From Terriglobales bacterium (GTDB taxonomy: Bacteria; Acidobacteriota; Terriglobia; Terriglobales; Acidobacteriaceae): 64,000 nt of DNA. Location of the stretch: the NCBI GenBank assembly GCA_049288625.1, contig JBAQIB010000033.1, positions 50,890 to 114,889 of the forward strand, read 5' to 3'. The notes under the pieces were generated by a model. The model ran no database searches and was not told the DNA's origin. It saw nothing but the letters and a program-made list of their open reading frames with translations. The position numbers were made by a program, and so were the translations under genes. This document shows positions 10,701 through 19,720 of this stretch, one piece after another; positions within the stretch are counted from its first letter, which is position 1; each line of letters starts with the position of its first letter.

Positions 10701-10730
10701 GTCGTTCGTCGCTGGTCGTCGGTCGTTCGC
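10701..10730. repeat. 4 x 7-nt direct repeat (gtcgttc gtcgctg gtcgtcg gtcgttc)
   Basis: Read directly. Starts 9 nt after the PKS stop codon. Confidence 0.85.
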
Positions 10731-11117
10731 AACTGCCCCCTCACGGTTCGGTAGGCACCTCAGCCGGCTTGTCAATCTGCTCGTCTAGAGGCTAAGGCAG
10801 TCCACATTTGCCTCGGGGTTCTCAGCGCCCCGCGCCCCCGGGCGAGAAAAATTCGCGGCTCCATTTCCCACGGCCTTAAGCATAAACACGTCAGCGCTGA
10901 GATTTCTTGTCGTGTCTCTCCGCACACAGAAGCGCTCGCCGAGACACGAAACCCGCGCGAACAAGCCATCTAACTCGCTTTTTATCAATACGCTATCTGC
11001 GGCCTCCCAGATGCTTTACCACGAGTGTGCGTAATCGGAACCAAGGCGGAGGACGGGCGATGAGGCGGATAGCGAACGCGGCGAAACGGGCAGTCTGGAC
11101 CACGGCTTCCTTGCTGG

Positions 11118-11400
11118 TCATGACACCGGATCGAGCTGTCCCATGCGGATGCAGCCAGTCGAAGCAGCTTTGCCGATCGAGTTCGGCTGATTGGTGCCGT
11201 GGATTCCATAACCCTTCGCACTCAGCCCCATCCAGCGCGTGCCCACCGGATTGCCTTTGCCTCCGGCAATTACCTGGCCCTGGGGGTAAGTAGGTCGGGT
11301 TGATGACGCGGTTCAGGATCTGGAATGCGCCGGTCGGGCTCGGTGCTGAAGCCTTGCCCACCGCCACGTGATAGATGCGAAGGACTTTTCGCTTAGTAGA
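11118..11400 (-). pseudogene. L,D-transpeptidase (YkuD domain) remnant, frameshifted and N-terminally truncated
   Basis: One frame gives ...[31 protein letters not shown]. The next frame continues [55 protein letters not shown]. The switch occurs at a C5 run (G5 on plus, 11282-11286). No signal peptide or N-terminus remains. Confidence 0.6.
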
Positions 11401-11442
11401 GACGAGGCTTGCCTCGTCGCAGATCAGGTGAGGAGGCACGTC

Positions 11443-11676
11443 ATGGAAACGCAAGTAATGGAAACGATGATGCAGGGGCTGGTGATCGTCGGCGGGCTGA
11501 CCTTTTCGCTCGCTGTATCGCTGCTGATCGAAGAACTGATTTTCGGGCGCATCGTTCGACTGGCATTCGAGCGCCGCCCGCTGACGAAACAACACGGACG
11601 CAGCCGTGACCAAAACAGGTTCTCGGCTCTCCGTTCTCAGTTCTCCGTCCGTCAAAGGCGCGCGACTGAGAACTGA
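11443..11676 (+). CDS. small single-pass membrane protein (hypothetical)
   Basis: ATG preceded by GGTGAGGAGG. METQVMETMMQGLVIVGGLTFSLAVSLLIEELIFG TM segment, then a basic tail. The 3' third is encoded by a heptamer array, so its true extent is uncertain. Confidence 0.45.
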   Translation: METQVMETMMQGLVIVGGLTFSLAVSLLIEELIFGRIVRLAFERRPLTKQHGRSRDQNRFSALRSQFSVRQRRATEN

Positions 11677-11685
11677 CAACTGGGA
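11619..11685. repeat. inverted pair of 7-nt arrays (5 x gttctcN ... 3 x ctgNNaa)
   Basis: gttctcg gctctcc gttctca gttctcc gtccgtc, a 11-nt spacer, then ctgagaa ctgacaa ctgggaa. The two arrays are partly complementary. Lies just upstream of the SPFH gene. Confidence 0.75.
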
Positions 11686-11709
11686 ACCGATTTTCAAAAG
11701 GAGGACACT

Positions 11710-13026
11710 ATGCTTTTCGCAAAGTATTTGCTGCTAGGCGCCGGCATCGCGATGTTCGTGATTGCCGTCGCAATTCTAGGTTATGACGCTTACCTGTTTC
11801 TCGCTAACCGGCGCCGCCTGTTGTCGCCGGAAGGAGCAACCGCCGGTCTGCGGGCGCCGGTTCGCTGGCGCACTGCCGTCGCGCTGTTCATGCTGGCTTG
11901 GGCGCCACTGCTGTTTTCCGCTGGCATCATCATTGTGCCCGCTGGAATGGCAGGCGTGCGCGTCAGCCAGACGCAAGGTACTTTGGCCGGTACGCTCTAT
12001 CCCGGAGTTCATTTTGTTGTGCCGATGGTCGAGCACGTGGAGCTGTTTAACACCCGCGATCAGCTGTTCACCACCGGCGTCGCCGAAGACGGCCTCGCCA
12101 AGGGCACGCCGAAAGGCGAACCACTCAACGTCCAGACCAAGGAAGGGCTTCCGCTCGGACTGGCTATTACTGTGCGTTACCAGGTCGATCCCAAGCGCCT
12201 CGATTACATTGAGGCGCACTTGCCGCAGCCGCTCGAAAAAGAACTTGTGCCACCCATCGTCGCGACCGTGTTCCGCGAAATGGCTCCCTCGTACACGGTG
12301 CGCGAACTCTTTTCATCGAAACGCGAAGAGGTCCGCCAGCGCTCGGCGGAAGCCATTCGCCAACGCCTGACCGCCGATGGCGTGAATGTGAAAGAAGTGA
12401 TGCTGCGCGACATCCAACTGCCGCCCGAGTACGCCAAGGGCTTGGAGGCGCTGCTGATCAAGGAACAGGAAAACGACCGCATGGCCGTTGAGACGGAGAT
12501 TCACCAGAAGCAGGTGAAGATCGCTGACGCCGACGCCGAGGCGCAGAAGGTGCAACAGGTAAAGCAAGCCGAGGGGCAGGCCTCCGTGCGTGTGCTCGAG
12601 GCAAAAGGCGAGTCGGATGCCATGCAGTACCTGCTGCCGCTGAAAGAGAAACAGATTCAGCAGTCGAAGCTGGAAGCCGAGGCCCGCAAAGAGGCAACGG
12701 TGAAGAATGCCGAAGCGTCCGGCGAAGCCAAGCTGATCGACAGCAAAGCCGAGATGGAACGCCGCAAGCTGCTGGCGCAGGCGGAGGCGGAACGGATTCG
12801 CCTGACGGCGGCCGCCGACGCCGAGCGCATGCAGAGCGAAAGTACGATCCTGAAGCAGAATCCACTGCTGATCAACAAGATTGTCGCCGAACGCCTCTCC
12901 GACAAGCTGCAGATCATGATGGTGCCGGCCGATGGCAAGTTCTTCTTTACCAACGACGTGTTGCGTGGCATGAACCCGGCCAATCACGTGAGTCAGGCTG
13001 AAGATGCGGAACCGAACGAGAAGTAG
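11710..13026 (+). CDS. SPFH/band-7 (prohibitin/stomatin-like) membrane protein with long coiled-coil tail
   Basis: 438 aa. N-terminal TM helices, SPFH core (GVHFVVPMVEHVELFNTRDQ..., VKEVMLRDIQLPPEY), E/K/A-rich C-terminus. AAGGAGG Shine-Dalgarno upstream. Confidence 0.9.
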   Translation: MLFAKYLLLGAGIAMFVIAVAILGYDAYLFLANRRRLLSPEGATAGLRAPVRWRTAVALFMLAWAPLLFSAGIIIVPAGMAGVRVSQTQGTLAGTLYPGVHFVVPMVEHVELFNTRDQLFTTGVAEDGLAKGTPKGEPLNVQTKEGLPLGLAITVRYQVDPKRLDYIEAHLPQPLEKELVPPIVATVFREMAPSYTVRELFSSKREEVRQRSAEAIRQRLTADGVNVKEVMLRDIQLPPEYAKGLEALLIKEQENDRMAVETEIHQKQVKIADADAEAQKVQQVKQAEGQASVRVLEAKGESDAMQYLLPLKEKQIQQSKLEAEARKEATVKNAEASGEAKLIDSKAEMERRKLLAQAEAERIRLTAAADAERMQSESTILKQNPLLINKIVAERLSDKLQIMMVPADGKFFFTNDVLRGMNPANHVSQAEDAEPNEK

Positions 13027-13084
13027 AGAACAGCAGCGACGAAGAAATCAGCGAATAGCCTCGCAAGAGAGACACCCTCAAGGA

Positions 13085-13181
13085 ATTGTCATTCCGACCC
13101 TGAGGGAAGCCGAAGAGGAGGAATCTGCACTTTGGGCAGAATCGAATGCAGATTCCTCGTCGCTCCCTCCTCGGAATGACA
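13085..13181. repeat. full-length inverted-repeat (MITE/REP-like) element with termini TTGTCATTCCGA...TCGGAATGACAA
   Basis: Arms ttgtcattccga...gaggaatctgca and tgcagattcctc...tcggaatgacaa form a roughly 97-nt hairpin after the SPFH stop. Confidence 0.8.
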
Positions 13182-13221
13182 ACGACGCAGCGAATTAAGA
13201 AATGAACCACAAAGGCACACT

Positions 13222-14556
13222 ATGCCAGGCCGTCCGCATATCCCGCGCTATAATCAGCGCATCCGTCACATGCTTGCGCGCGCGTCCAGCGGTTTGCGAA
13301 TTGAGTTCCCGCATTCGCACTCTGTGGTTTTGTTGAGGTTGGCCGCGTTGCTGTTTGGCACGCTTCTGCTTCCCTGCTCGCTTTTCGCTTCAAATCTCGA
13401 CGACGCAGCGCGTCAGTTGGCGGATCACATTGCCGCCGTTAGCGGGCCGGGTACGGTAGCGCTTGAGGTAACCAACCGCTCCTCGCTTGACGACAAGTCG
13501 GTCCGCGAACTTCGCAGCGCGCTCCAAGCGCAGTTACGCCTGCAGGGCGTGCGTACCGCGGCCTCCGATCAGTCTATCGGCAGTGTGAATGTGGTCCTCT
13601 CTGAGAGCCTCCTGGAGTATGTTTGGACGGCCGAGGTGGCTATCGGGAGCGACCAGCCGCATGTCGTTCTCGTATCGGTGGCACGCGAGCATTCGACCGC
13701 ACTTCTATCAGCGGCCCGGCCGATCACTCTAACGAAGACATTTCTCCTCGCGCAAGAACAGCCCATCCTCGACGCCGCGCTGGTCGATATACCTGGAGGC
13801 GCGCGCCTTCTCGTGCTCGATGCCACGCGGGTGGCCGCGTACCGCCGGCAATCCGGGCATTGGGAACTGGAGACAGCGCTTTCGATTCCGCTCACACGCA
13901 CGTTTCCTCGTGACACGCGCGGCCGACTGCTGCTTCGCCGCGATCATCTATTTGACGCCTATCTTCCTGGAACGTTCTGCCGGGCGAGTGCAGCCGCGCC
14001 GCTTCGCCTCGATTGCACGGCGAGCGACGATCCGTGGCCGCTCACCCCCGAAGACACCGGGGCTAGCGGCCCGAACCCTCCTGTTGTTCGTGCCTTCTTT
14101 ACCCCCGCGCGCAATTTCTTCACAGGAACCTTGTCACCCGGTATCGGAAAGATGTCTAGCCTCCCGTCGTTCTACAGCGCCGCCGCGCTTCCCCGCTCGA
14201 ACTACACGCTCTGGGTGCTGGCCGCCGTCGACGGCTCGGTTCATCTGGTTGATGGCTTCACTGACGTGGCCATTCGCGGCGGCCACACCGGGAGCGATCT
14301 GGCTGCAGTGCGCTCGAATTGCGGGCTGGGAACGCAGATTCTCGTTTCCGAGAGCGGAGAACCGGAGCACGACACCTTGCGCACCTACGAAATTCCTGAT
14401 CGCGAGCCGGTTGTAGTAAGTTCTCCGCTCGAGTTCGCCGGGCCGATCACCGCGCTCTGGCCTGACGCGAGCCTTACAAATGCCGTGGCCATTGTGAAAC
14501 GCGAAGATACAGGTTGGTATGAGGCGAATCGCATTTCTGTTAGTTGCGCTAATTAG
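13222..14556 (+). CDS. exported protein of unknown function (first gene of the sensor module)
   Basis: 444 aa. Hydrophobic signal-like segment LLRLAALLFGTLLLPCSLFA. Start uncertain (13222 or 13270). 3' end overlaps the next gene by 38 nt. Confidence 0.6.
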   Translation: MPGRPHIPRYNQRIRHMLARASSGLRIEFPHSHSVVLLRLAALLFGTLLLPCSLFASNLDDAARQLADHIAAVSGPGTVALEVTNRSSLDDKSVRELRSALQAQLRLQGVRTAASDQSIGSVNVVLSESLLEYVWTAEVAIGSDQPHVVLVSVAREHSTALLSAARPITLTKTFLLAQEQPILDAALVDIPGGARLLVLDATRVAAYRRQSGHWELETALSIPLTRTFPRDTRGRLLLRRDHLFDAYLPGTFCRASAAAPLRLDCTASDDPWPLTPEDTGASGPNPPVVRAFFTPARNFFTGTLSPGIGKMSSLPSFYSAAALPRSNYTLWVLAAVDGSVHLVDGFTDVAIRGGHTGSDLAAVRSNCGLGTQILVSESGEPEHDTLRTYEIPDREPVVVSSPLEFAGPITALWPDASLTNAVAIVKREDTGWYEANRISVSCAN

Positions 14557-15868
14557 TCTGGCGTGCGCCGTCGGGGCTGCCACCCGTCCGCACTACGGAG
14601 GGGCACTGCGCATTGCGATGGCATCGGCACCGTTAACGCTGGAATTGCCGGGCATGAACACTCCCACCGACTACTGGGACATGGCGCGCGTGCTGTCGCT
14701 GGTGGGCGACAACCTGGTCAAGATTGATGTCGAAGATCGTCCGAAGCCTGCGCTCGCCCTCAACTGGCAACGCGACTCGGCCGCACGCCACTGGCAATTG
14801 ACGCTGCGACATGGCGTGAAGTTTCACGACGGAAGCCCTGCCACGGCTTCCGCCATCGCGCAGATTCTTGGCGCGCTGCACGCCGATTGGAATGTTCGCG
14901 CCTCGGGCGATTCGCTGACCATTGATACTGACGCCCCAGCGCCTTCGCTGCTAGCCGAATTGGCGTCGCCGCGCAACCTGATTGTGACGCGCAACGCTAA
15001 CGGCGTCCCGGTTGGCTCGGGGCCGTTTCGTGTTGCAGAGTTCCAACCGGGCAAACTTCTCAAGCTGATTGCCAGCGAGGATAGCTGGGCCGGCCGGCCG
15101 TTTCTTGACGCAATTGAAATCGAATTTGGAAAGTCCCTGCGCGACCAGGCAGTCGCGTTCGAACTCGGTCGGACCGACGTTATCGACGTCGCGCCCCAGG
15201 CGGTGAATGCAACACCGCGTATTCGCACATCCTCTCTGCCGGTAGAGTTGATGGCGCTCGTCTTCACAACAAATTCCAAGGCGCACGACATCCATCTCCG
15301 CCAGGCGCTCTCGTTCTCGATTGATCGCAAGCCCATCCAGTCCGTGCTGCTGAAGGGGGCCGGCGAACCAACGGCCTGCATTTTGCCCAATTGGATGACA
15401 GGCTACAGCGCAGCATTCTCAACGCAGGTAAATGTGCAGCGGGCCAAAGCTCTGCTTGGCGATTCGCGCCAGCCGGCACTGACACTCAGCTACGATCCGC
15501 GCGATCCGCAGGCGCAACTCATCGCCGAGCGAATCGCGCTGAATGCGCGCGAAGCCGGTATTACGGTGCAGGTATCGCTCTCCGGCCCCGACGACATTCG
15601 TCTAGTGCGCATTGCTTTGCCCGGCCCCGACCCCGCTCTCGCGCTGCACGAAATAGCTCGACAATTGGGACTGCCCCAGCCTGTGCTGCACGGCAACACG
15701 GTGGAAGATCTTTACCAGGCTGAGCGCGCGCTGCTCGAGGGCGGCAACGTGATCCCGCTTTTCCATTTGCCCACAGCGAGCGCAGCCGGAGCGCGGGTAC
15801 ACGGCTGGGCTCCCGATAGATTCGGCTCGTGGAACGTTGCGGACGTTTGGCTGGAGGACTCGCGATGA
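14519..15868 (+). CDS. family-5 (peptide/nickel type) extracellular solute-binding protein
   Basis: 449 aa. Signal peptide MRRIAFLLVALISLACAVGA, blocks WQLTLRHGVKFHDGSP and GSGPFRVAEFQPGK typical of SBP_bac_5. Confidence 0.85.
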   Translation: MRRIAFLLVALISLACAVGAATRPHYGGALRIAMASAPLTLELPGMNTPTDYWDMARVLSLVGDNLVKIDVEDRPKPALALNWQRDSAARHWQLTLRHGVKFHDGSPATASAIAQILGALHADWNVRASGDSLTIDTDAPAPSLLAELASPRNLIVTRNANGVPVGSGPFRVAEFQPGKLLKLIASEDSWAGRPFLDAIEIEFGKSLRDQAVAFELGRTDVIDVAPQAVNATPRIRTSSLPVELMALVFTTNSKAHDIHLRQALSFSIDRKPIQSVLLKGAGEPTACILPNWMTGYSAAFSTQVNVQRAKALLGDSRQPALTLSYDPRDPQAQLIAERIALNAREAGITVQVSLSGPDDIRLVRIALPGPDPALALHEIARQLGLPQPVLHGNTVEDLYQAERALLEGGNVIPLFHLPTASAAGARVHGWAPDRFGSWNVADVWLEDSR

Positions 15869-17655
15869 GCTTCCGCCAGAAGCTCCTTCTTCTGTTTGCC
15901 GCGACCATTCTGCTGTGCGTTGCAGTGATGTCGATCTCAGTTTATGGCACCATGCGGCAGTCGTTCGAGCAGGCGAATCAGGACCGCGCCAGTTCGGTGG
16001 CGGCACAGTTCAGGTCGGCGTTCCAACGGCGCGGACAGGAGGTGGAGCGCAAGGTCGAGTCAGTCGCGGCGAGTGAAACCGTGCAGCGTATTGCGCTCGA
16101 AATCAATCGTGGCGCGTCCTCGGGAGGCAGCGATACGAACGTCTACCCGGGCGAAGCACGCGCGCTAGCCGTGCAGCAACAACTCGATTTCCTGGAGCTT
16201 GTGGACCGCCAGGGCACTGTTCTGTCCTCGGCGCAATGGCAGGCTAAGTTCGGATATCCCGAGCCTGCGATCGCGTCCTCGACCGGCACGGCCGGCGCAT
16301 TCCTGAAGCGCGAAGACTTGCCAAATGGCTCGACGCTCGGCCTGTTTGCGGTACGCGCCGTCCACATCGGCGAGCAGCCTTTGTTTGTGATCGGCGGCGA
16401 GCGGCTCGACCAGGGATTTCTTTCCACCCTCGATATTCCTTCCGGAACGCGCGTGCTTCTTTATCAGAATCTCGACGCGAAATGGAACCCCCAATCTTTG
16501 CTTGATTTGAACGGCCCGGCAGCCGGCGCCGACCGCGTTGCTCCGCTCATTGAGAAACTGCGCAGCACGGGCCAGGAGACGCAGGGCGTGATTTATTGGA
16601 CCGCCGACTCCGCTGATGCCGAGACTTTTCACGCCATTCCGCTCGCCGCACAGAATCAGCGGCCGATCGGAATTTTGCTCGTCGGCAGTTCGCGGCGACC
16701 ACTGATCGAACTGCAACGGCGCGTTATCTCGACCGCAATCCTGGTCGGCGGATTGGGACTTCTGGTCGCGGTGCTGGCGAGTTTGTGGTTTGGCGCGCGC
16801 GTCACGCGGCCGATTGTCTCCCTCGCTGAAGCAGCGCATCGCGTTGCGGCCGGCGATTTGGCTGCCAAGGTCGAGGTCGAATCAAACGACGAACTGGGCG
16901 AACTGGCCGCTTCGTTCAACCGGATGACTGAAGATCTTTTGCAGCAGAAAGACCGCGCCGTGCAAGCCGAGCGCGTTGCGGCCTGGCGCGAACTGGCTCG
17001 CCGGTTGGCGCATGAGCTCAAGAATCCCTTATTCCCGTTGCAAGTGACGGTCGAAAATTTGATGCGCGCCAAGACCAAGTCACCGGAGATGTTTGAAGAG
17101 GTTTTTCAGGAAGGGACCGCAACCCTGCTGGCGGAGATTAACAATCTGAAGACAATCATCGGACGGTTCAGCGAATTTTCGAAAATGCCGCAACCGCAGC
17201 GCAAGCCTACGCAAGTTAACGACGTGCTGCGCTCCGTGTTGCGCGTGTTCCAGGCGCAGTTGCAGGCAAACAACAACATTGCCGTTCGCACCGACCTGGC
17301 CGCCGACCTACCCGAGATTTCTGCCGATCCTGACTTGCTGCATCGCGCGCTGTCGAATCTGGTGCTCAACGCCATCGACGCCATGCCACAGGGCGGGGAG
17401 CTAACCATGCAGACCGTTGGGGCTGGTTCTAGTGAACCCGGAGCTCGTATGACCATCTCCGTTTCCGACACCGGCTCGGGGCTGACACCGGAAGAATGCG
17501 CGCGGTTGTTCACTCCTTATTACACGACCAAGCAGCACGGCACCGGACTAGGATTGGCGATAGTGCAGTCGGTGGTAAGCGACCACGGCGGGAAAATATC
17601 GGTCGAGAGCACGAAAGAAAAAGGAACCACGTTTCAAATCGAGTTGCCCGCATGA
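15865..17655 (+). CDS. sensor histidine kinase (two TM segments, ~270-aa periplasmic region, HAMP, HisKA, HATPase)
   Basis: ATGA overlap with the SBP stop. HAMP (PIVSLAEAAHRVAAGDL), H-box LAHELKNPL, N/G boxes (NLVLNAIDAM, DTGSGL, GTGLGLAIV). Confidence 0.9.
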   Translation: MSFRQKLLLLFAATILLCVAVMSISVYGTMRQSFEQANQDRASSVAAQFRSAFQRRGQEVERKVESVAASETVQRIALEINRGASSGGSDTNVYPGEARALAVQQQLDFLELVDRQGTVLSSAQWQAKFGYPEPAIASSTGTAGAFLKREDLPNGSTLGLFAVRAVHIGEQPLFVIGGERLDQGFLSTLDIPSGTRVLLYQNLDAKWNPQSLLDLNGPAAGADRVAPLIEKLRSTGQETQGVIYWTADSADAETFHAIPLAAQNQRPIGILLVGSSRRPLIELQRRVISTAILVGGLGLLVAVLASLWFGARVTRPIVSLAEAAHRVAAGDLAAKVEVESNDELGELAASFNRMTEDLLQQKDRAVQAERVAAWRELARRLAHELKNPLFPLQVTVENLMRAKTKSPEMFEEVFQEGTATLLAEINNLKTIIGRFSEFSKMPQPQRKPTQVNDVLRSVLRVFQAQLQANNNIAVRTDLAADLPEISADPDLLHRALSNLVLNAIDAMPQGGELTMQTVGAGSSEPGARMTISVSDTGSGLTPEECARLFTPYYTTKQHGTGLGLAIVQSVVSDHGGKISVESTKEKGTTFQIELPA

Positions 17656-17695
17656 GGAGCCAAATCAGCCGAGGCCCGAATCGCCTTCGCCTTTC

Positions 17696-17735
17696 CTCAG
17701 CCCACTCGGCGTCTCTGCGGTAGATTTGGGTTTGC
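17696..17735. repeat. single-arm copy of the CTCGGCG..GCGGTA / TTGGGTTTGC repeat family
   Basis: ctcagcccactcggcgtctctgcggtagatttgggtttgc shares both blocks with the inverted-repeat element at 39891-39959. Sits between the kinase and regulator genes. Confidence 0.5.
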
Positions 17736-17752
17736 AATTCAACTGACGGGAT

Positions 17753-19153
17753 TTGAGGTCCATAATCGTGCCGCAAAAAGCGCACCTGCTGATTGTCGAT
17801 GACGAAGCCAATACGCTGGCCTCGCTCTCGCGCGCGTTCCGCCTGGAGGGTCACGAGGCGACTGTCTGTGATAACGCGGCCAGGGCGCTCGAACTTGCTA
17901 CGACGCAGCCCTTCGACCTGATTCTTTCCGATGTCGTCATGCCGGGCAAAGACGGGCTCGCGCTGCTCGAAGAATTAAAGACTCAGGGTGTCGCCACGCC
18001 TGTCGTCATGATGTCAGGCCAGGCGCACATCGAAATGGCGGTGCGAGCGACGCGACTGGGAGCGCTCGATTTTCTGGAAAAGCCGATCTCGACCGAAAAA
18101 CTTCTCCTCACCGTCGAAAATGCTCTTAAGCTCGGCCGGTTGGAGCGCCGGAACCGCGACCTGGAACGCCGACTGGGGAAACACGAGATTATTTGGACAG
18201 GCGAAACCATGCGCCGCGTCATGACACAGGTCGAGCGCGTCGCCTCGAGCGAAACGCGGGTGGCAATTCTCGGCGAAACCGGCACGGGAAAAGAACTGGT
18301 TGCGCGCACGCTGCACGAGCGCAGCGCGCGGGCGGGCGCGCCATTCGTCACGCTGAACTGCGCCGCGGTGCCTGCTGAGCTGATCGAATCGGAACTGTTC
18401 GGCCACGAGAAGGGATCCTTCACCGGCGCCGGGGCGCGCCATCTTGGCAAGTTCGAGCAGGCGCAGCATGGCACCATCTTTCTCGACGAGATCGGCGACA
18501 TGCCGCTCACCATGCAGGCCAAACTGCTGCGCGTGCTCGAAGAAGGCGAAGTCGAGCGTATCGGCGGAGACCGCGCCATCGCGGTGGATGTGCGCGTGGT
18601 CGTCGCCACGCACCGCGATCTCGAAGCGCTGGCGCGCGAGGGAAAATTCCGCCAGGATCTGTTTCATCGCATTTACGTCTTTCCCCTGCGCCTGCCGCCG
18701 CTGCGCGAGCGGCGCGAAGATGTCCCGGCGCTGGTCGAGCATTTCGCCGCGCAGGTCAGCGCCACCAATGGATGGAAGCCGATGCCCTTCACCGCCGATG
18801 CCATCGCCGCTCTACAGCAACATGCCTGGCTTGGCAATATCCGCGAATTGCGAAACGCCGTCGAACGGCTAATGCTCCTCGCGACCGGAAGCGAAGTCAC
18901 CGCTGAAACCGTGGCGCTGGCGCTGCCGGCGTCTGCGGCCTCGCCAGAAGCCGTGTTAACCGGCTCGGGCCCGCTTGCCGAGCGCGTTCGAGCCTTCGAG
19001 AAGCAAACGATCCTCGCCGAACTGAAGCGCAACCACAACCAGATTTCGAACACGGCGCGCGCGCTGGGACTGGAGCGATCCCATTTTTATAAGAAGGCCG
19101 AGCAGGTTGGGATCGACTTGAAAGCCGTCAAGAACGAGAGCAACCCCGGATAA
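17753..19153 (+). CDS. sigma54-dependent response regulator (NtrC family)
   Basis: Receiver domain (LLIVDDE...DLILSDVVMPGKDG), AAA+ sigma54 interaction domain (GETGTGKE, GSFTGA, FLDEIGD), C-terminal Fis-type HTH (ISNTARALGLERSHFYKKA). Confidence 0.92.
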   Translation: MRSIIVPQKAHLLIVDDEANTLASLSRAFRLEGHEATVCDNAARALELATTQPFDLILSDVVMPGKDGLALLEELKTQGVATPVVMMSGQAHIEMAVRATRLGALDFLEKPISTEKLLLTVENALKLGRLERRNRDLERRLGKHEIIWTGETMRRVMTQVERVASSETRVAILGETGTGKELVARTLHERSARAGAPFVTLNCAAVPAELIESELFGHEKGSFTGAGARHLGKFEQAQHGTIFLDEIGDMPLTMQAKLLRVLEEGEVERIGGDRAIAVDVRVVVATHRDLEALAREGKFRQDLFHRIYVFPLRLPPLRERREDVPALVEHFAAQVSATNGWKPMPFTADAIAALQQHAWLGNIRELRNAVERLMLLATGSEVTAETVALALPASAASPEAVLTGSGPLAERVRAFEKQTILAELKRNHNQISNTARALGLERSHFYKKAEQVGIDLKAVKNESNPG

Positions 19154-19250
19154 GATATATTCCGAAAAGCGAGAGAAGTAGCGCGCCTCCAGTTATTTCG
19201 TCTCCACGCTCAACGATCTGGACCAACCGGCGGGTAGAAATTCAGAAATT

Positions 19251-19266
19251 GGGGGGGTACCCCCCC
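19251..19266. repeat. perfect 16-nt palindrome GGGGGGGTACCCCCCC
   Basis: Read directly. Located about 100 nt after the regulator stop, at the edge of a 567-nt non-coding stretch. Confidence 0.9.
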
Positions 19267-19720
19267 TACCCCAAAATGAGTTAAGTTGATGATAGTAAGG
19301 TAGTTATTGGTAAATGATCCAAAACATTGGACTTAGCGTTGAGTTTTTCTGTTTGGCGTGCACTTGCGAGGGTGCGGGTCGGGGCCATTTGTTGTCAAAG
19401 AGCGGTTAGAAGTTTGCTGCCGGAAATGCGTTCGTCTCTGGAGGTTGGCGCAGTTCTGGATGGTGCACTGTCGAGGTATCTTCGCAGCGATTGTTGTGCA
19501 AGTCTGTGATGAGCGTACGGAAAAATGTGATGAAAAAGTCGGGACGCAGTGGCTCTTGGAAGTATGGAATTCCACCCTTCGAAAAAGCGTCGCGAAGTGC
19601 CTTCCACCCAGGTTAGCGTCCAAAGACACCGCGGCTGGTGGTAGAGGGAAACAGCCTTCGCTCTTGTGCTCGGATAAGTTGCATTCCTACGCATCCAATA
19701 AGACAATCCCATTGAGCCTC

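Noticed and set aside
10993-11697. 234-aa ORF as an intact CDS
   Set aside because: Only about 50 residues look like protein (the start of a YkuD domain). The catalytic motif lies in another frame, and the 5' part overlaps an opposite-strand ORF with a good RBS. Treated as a pseudogene instead.
19354-19368. sigma54-like promoter motif TTGGCGTGCACTTGC downstream of the sigma54 activator gene
   Set aside because: GG and GC are separated by 9 nt rather than the canonical 10 (GG-N10-GC). The motif lies about 355 nt from the next start codon. No correctly spaced -24/-12 element was found in any intergenic region I scanned by eye.
19520-19560. gatgaaaaagtcgggacgc resembling the GAGGAAAGUCCGGGC core of RNase P RNA
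   Set aside because: None of the other conserved RNase P blocks (such as the GGUAAGGGUGAAA... / ...AGAGCGCACC region or the ACAGAA motif) is present nearby.
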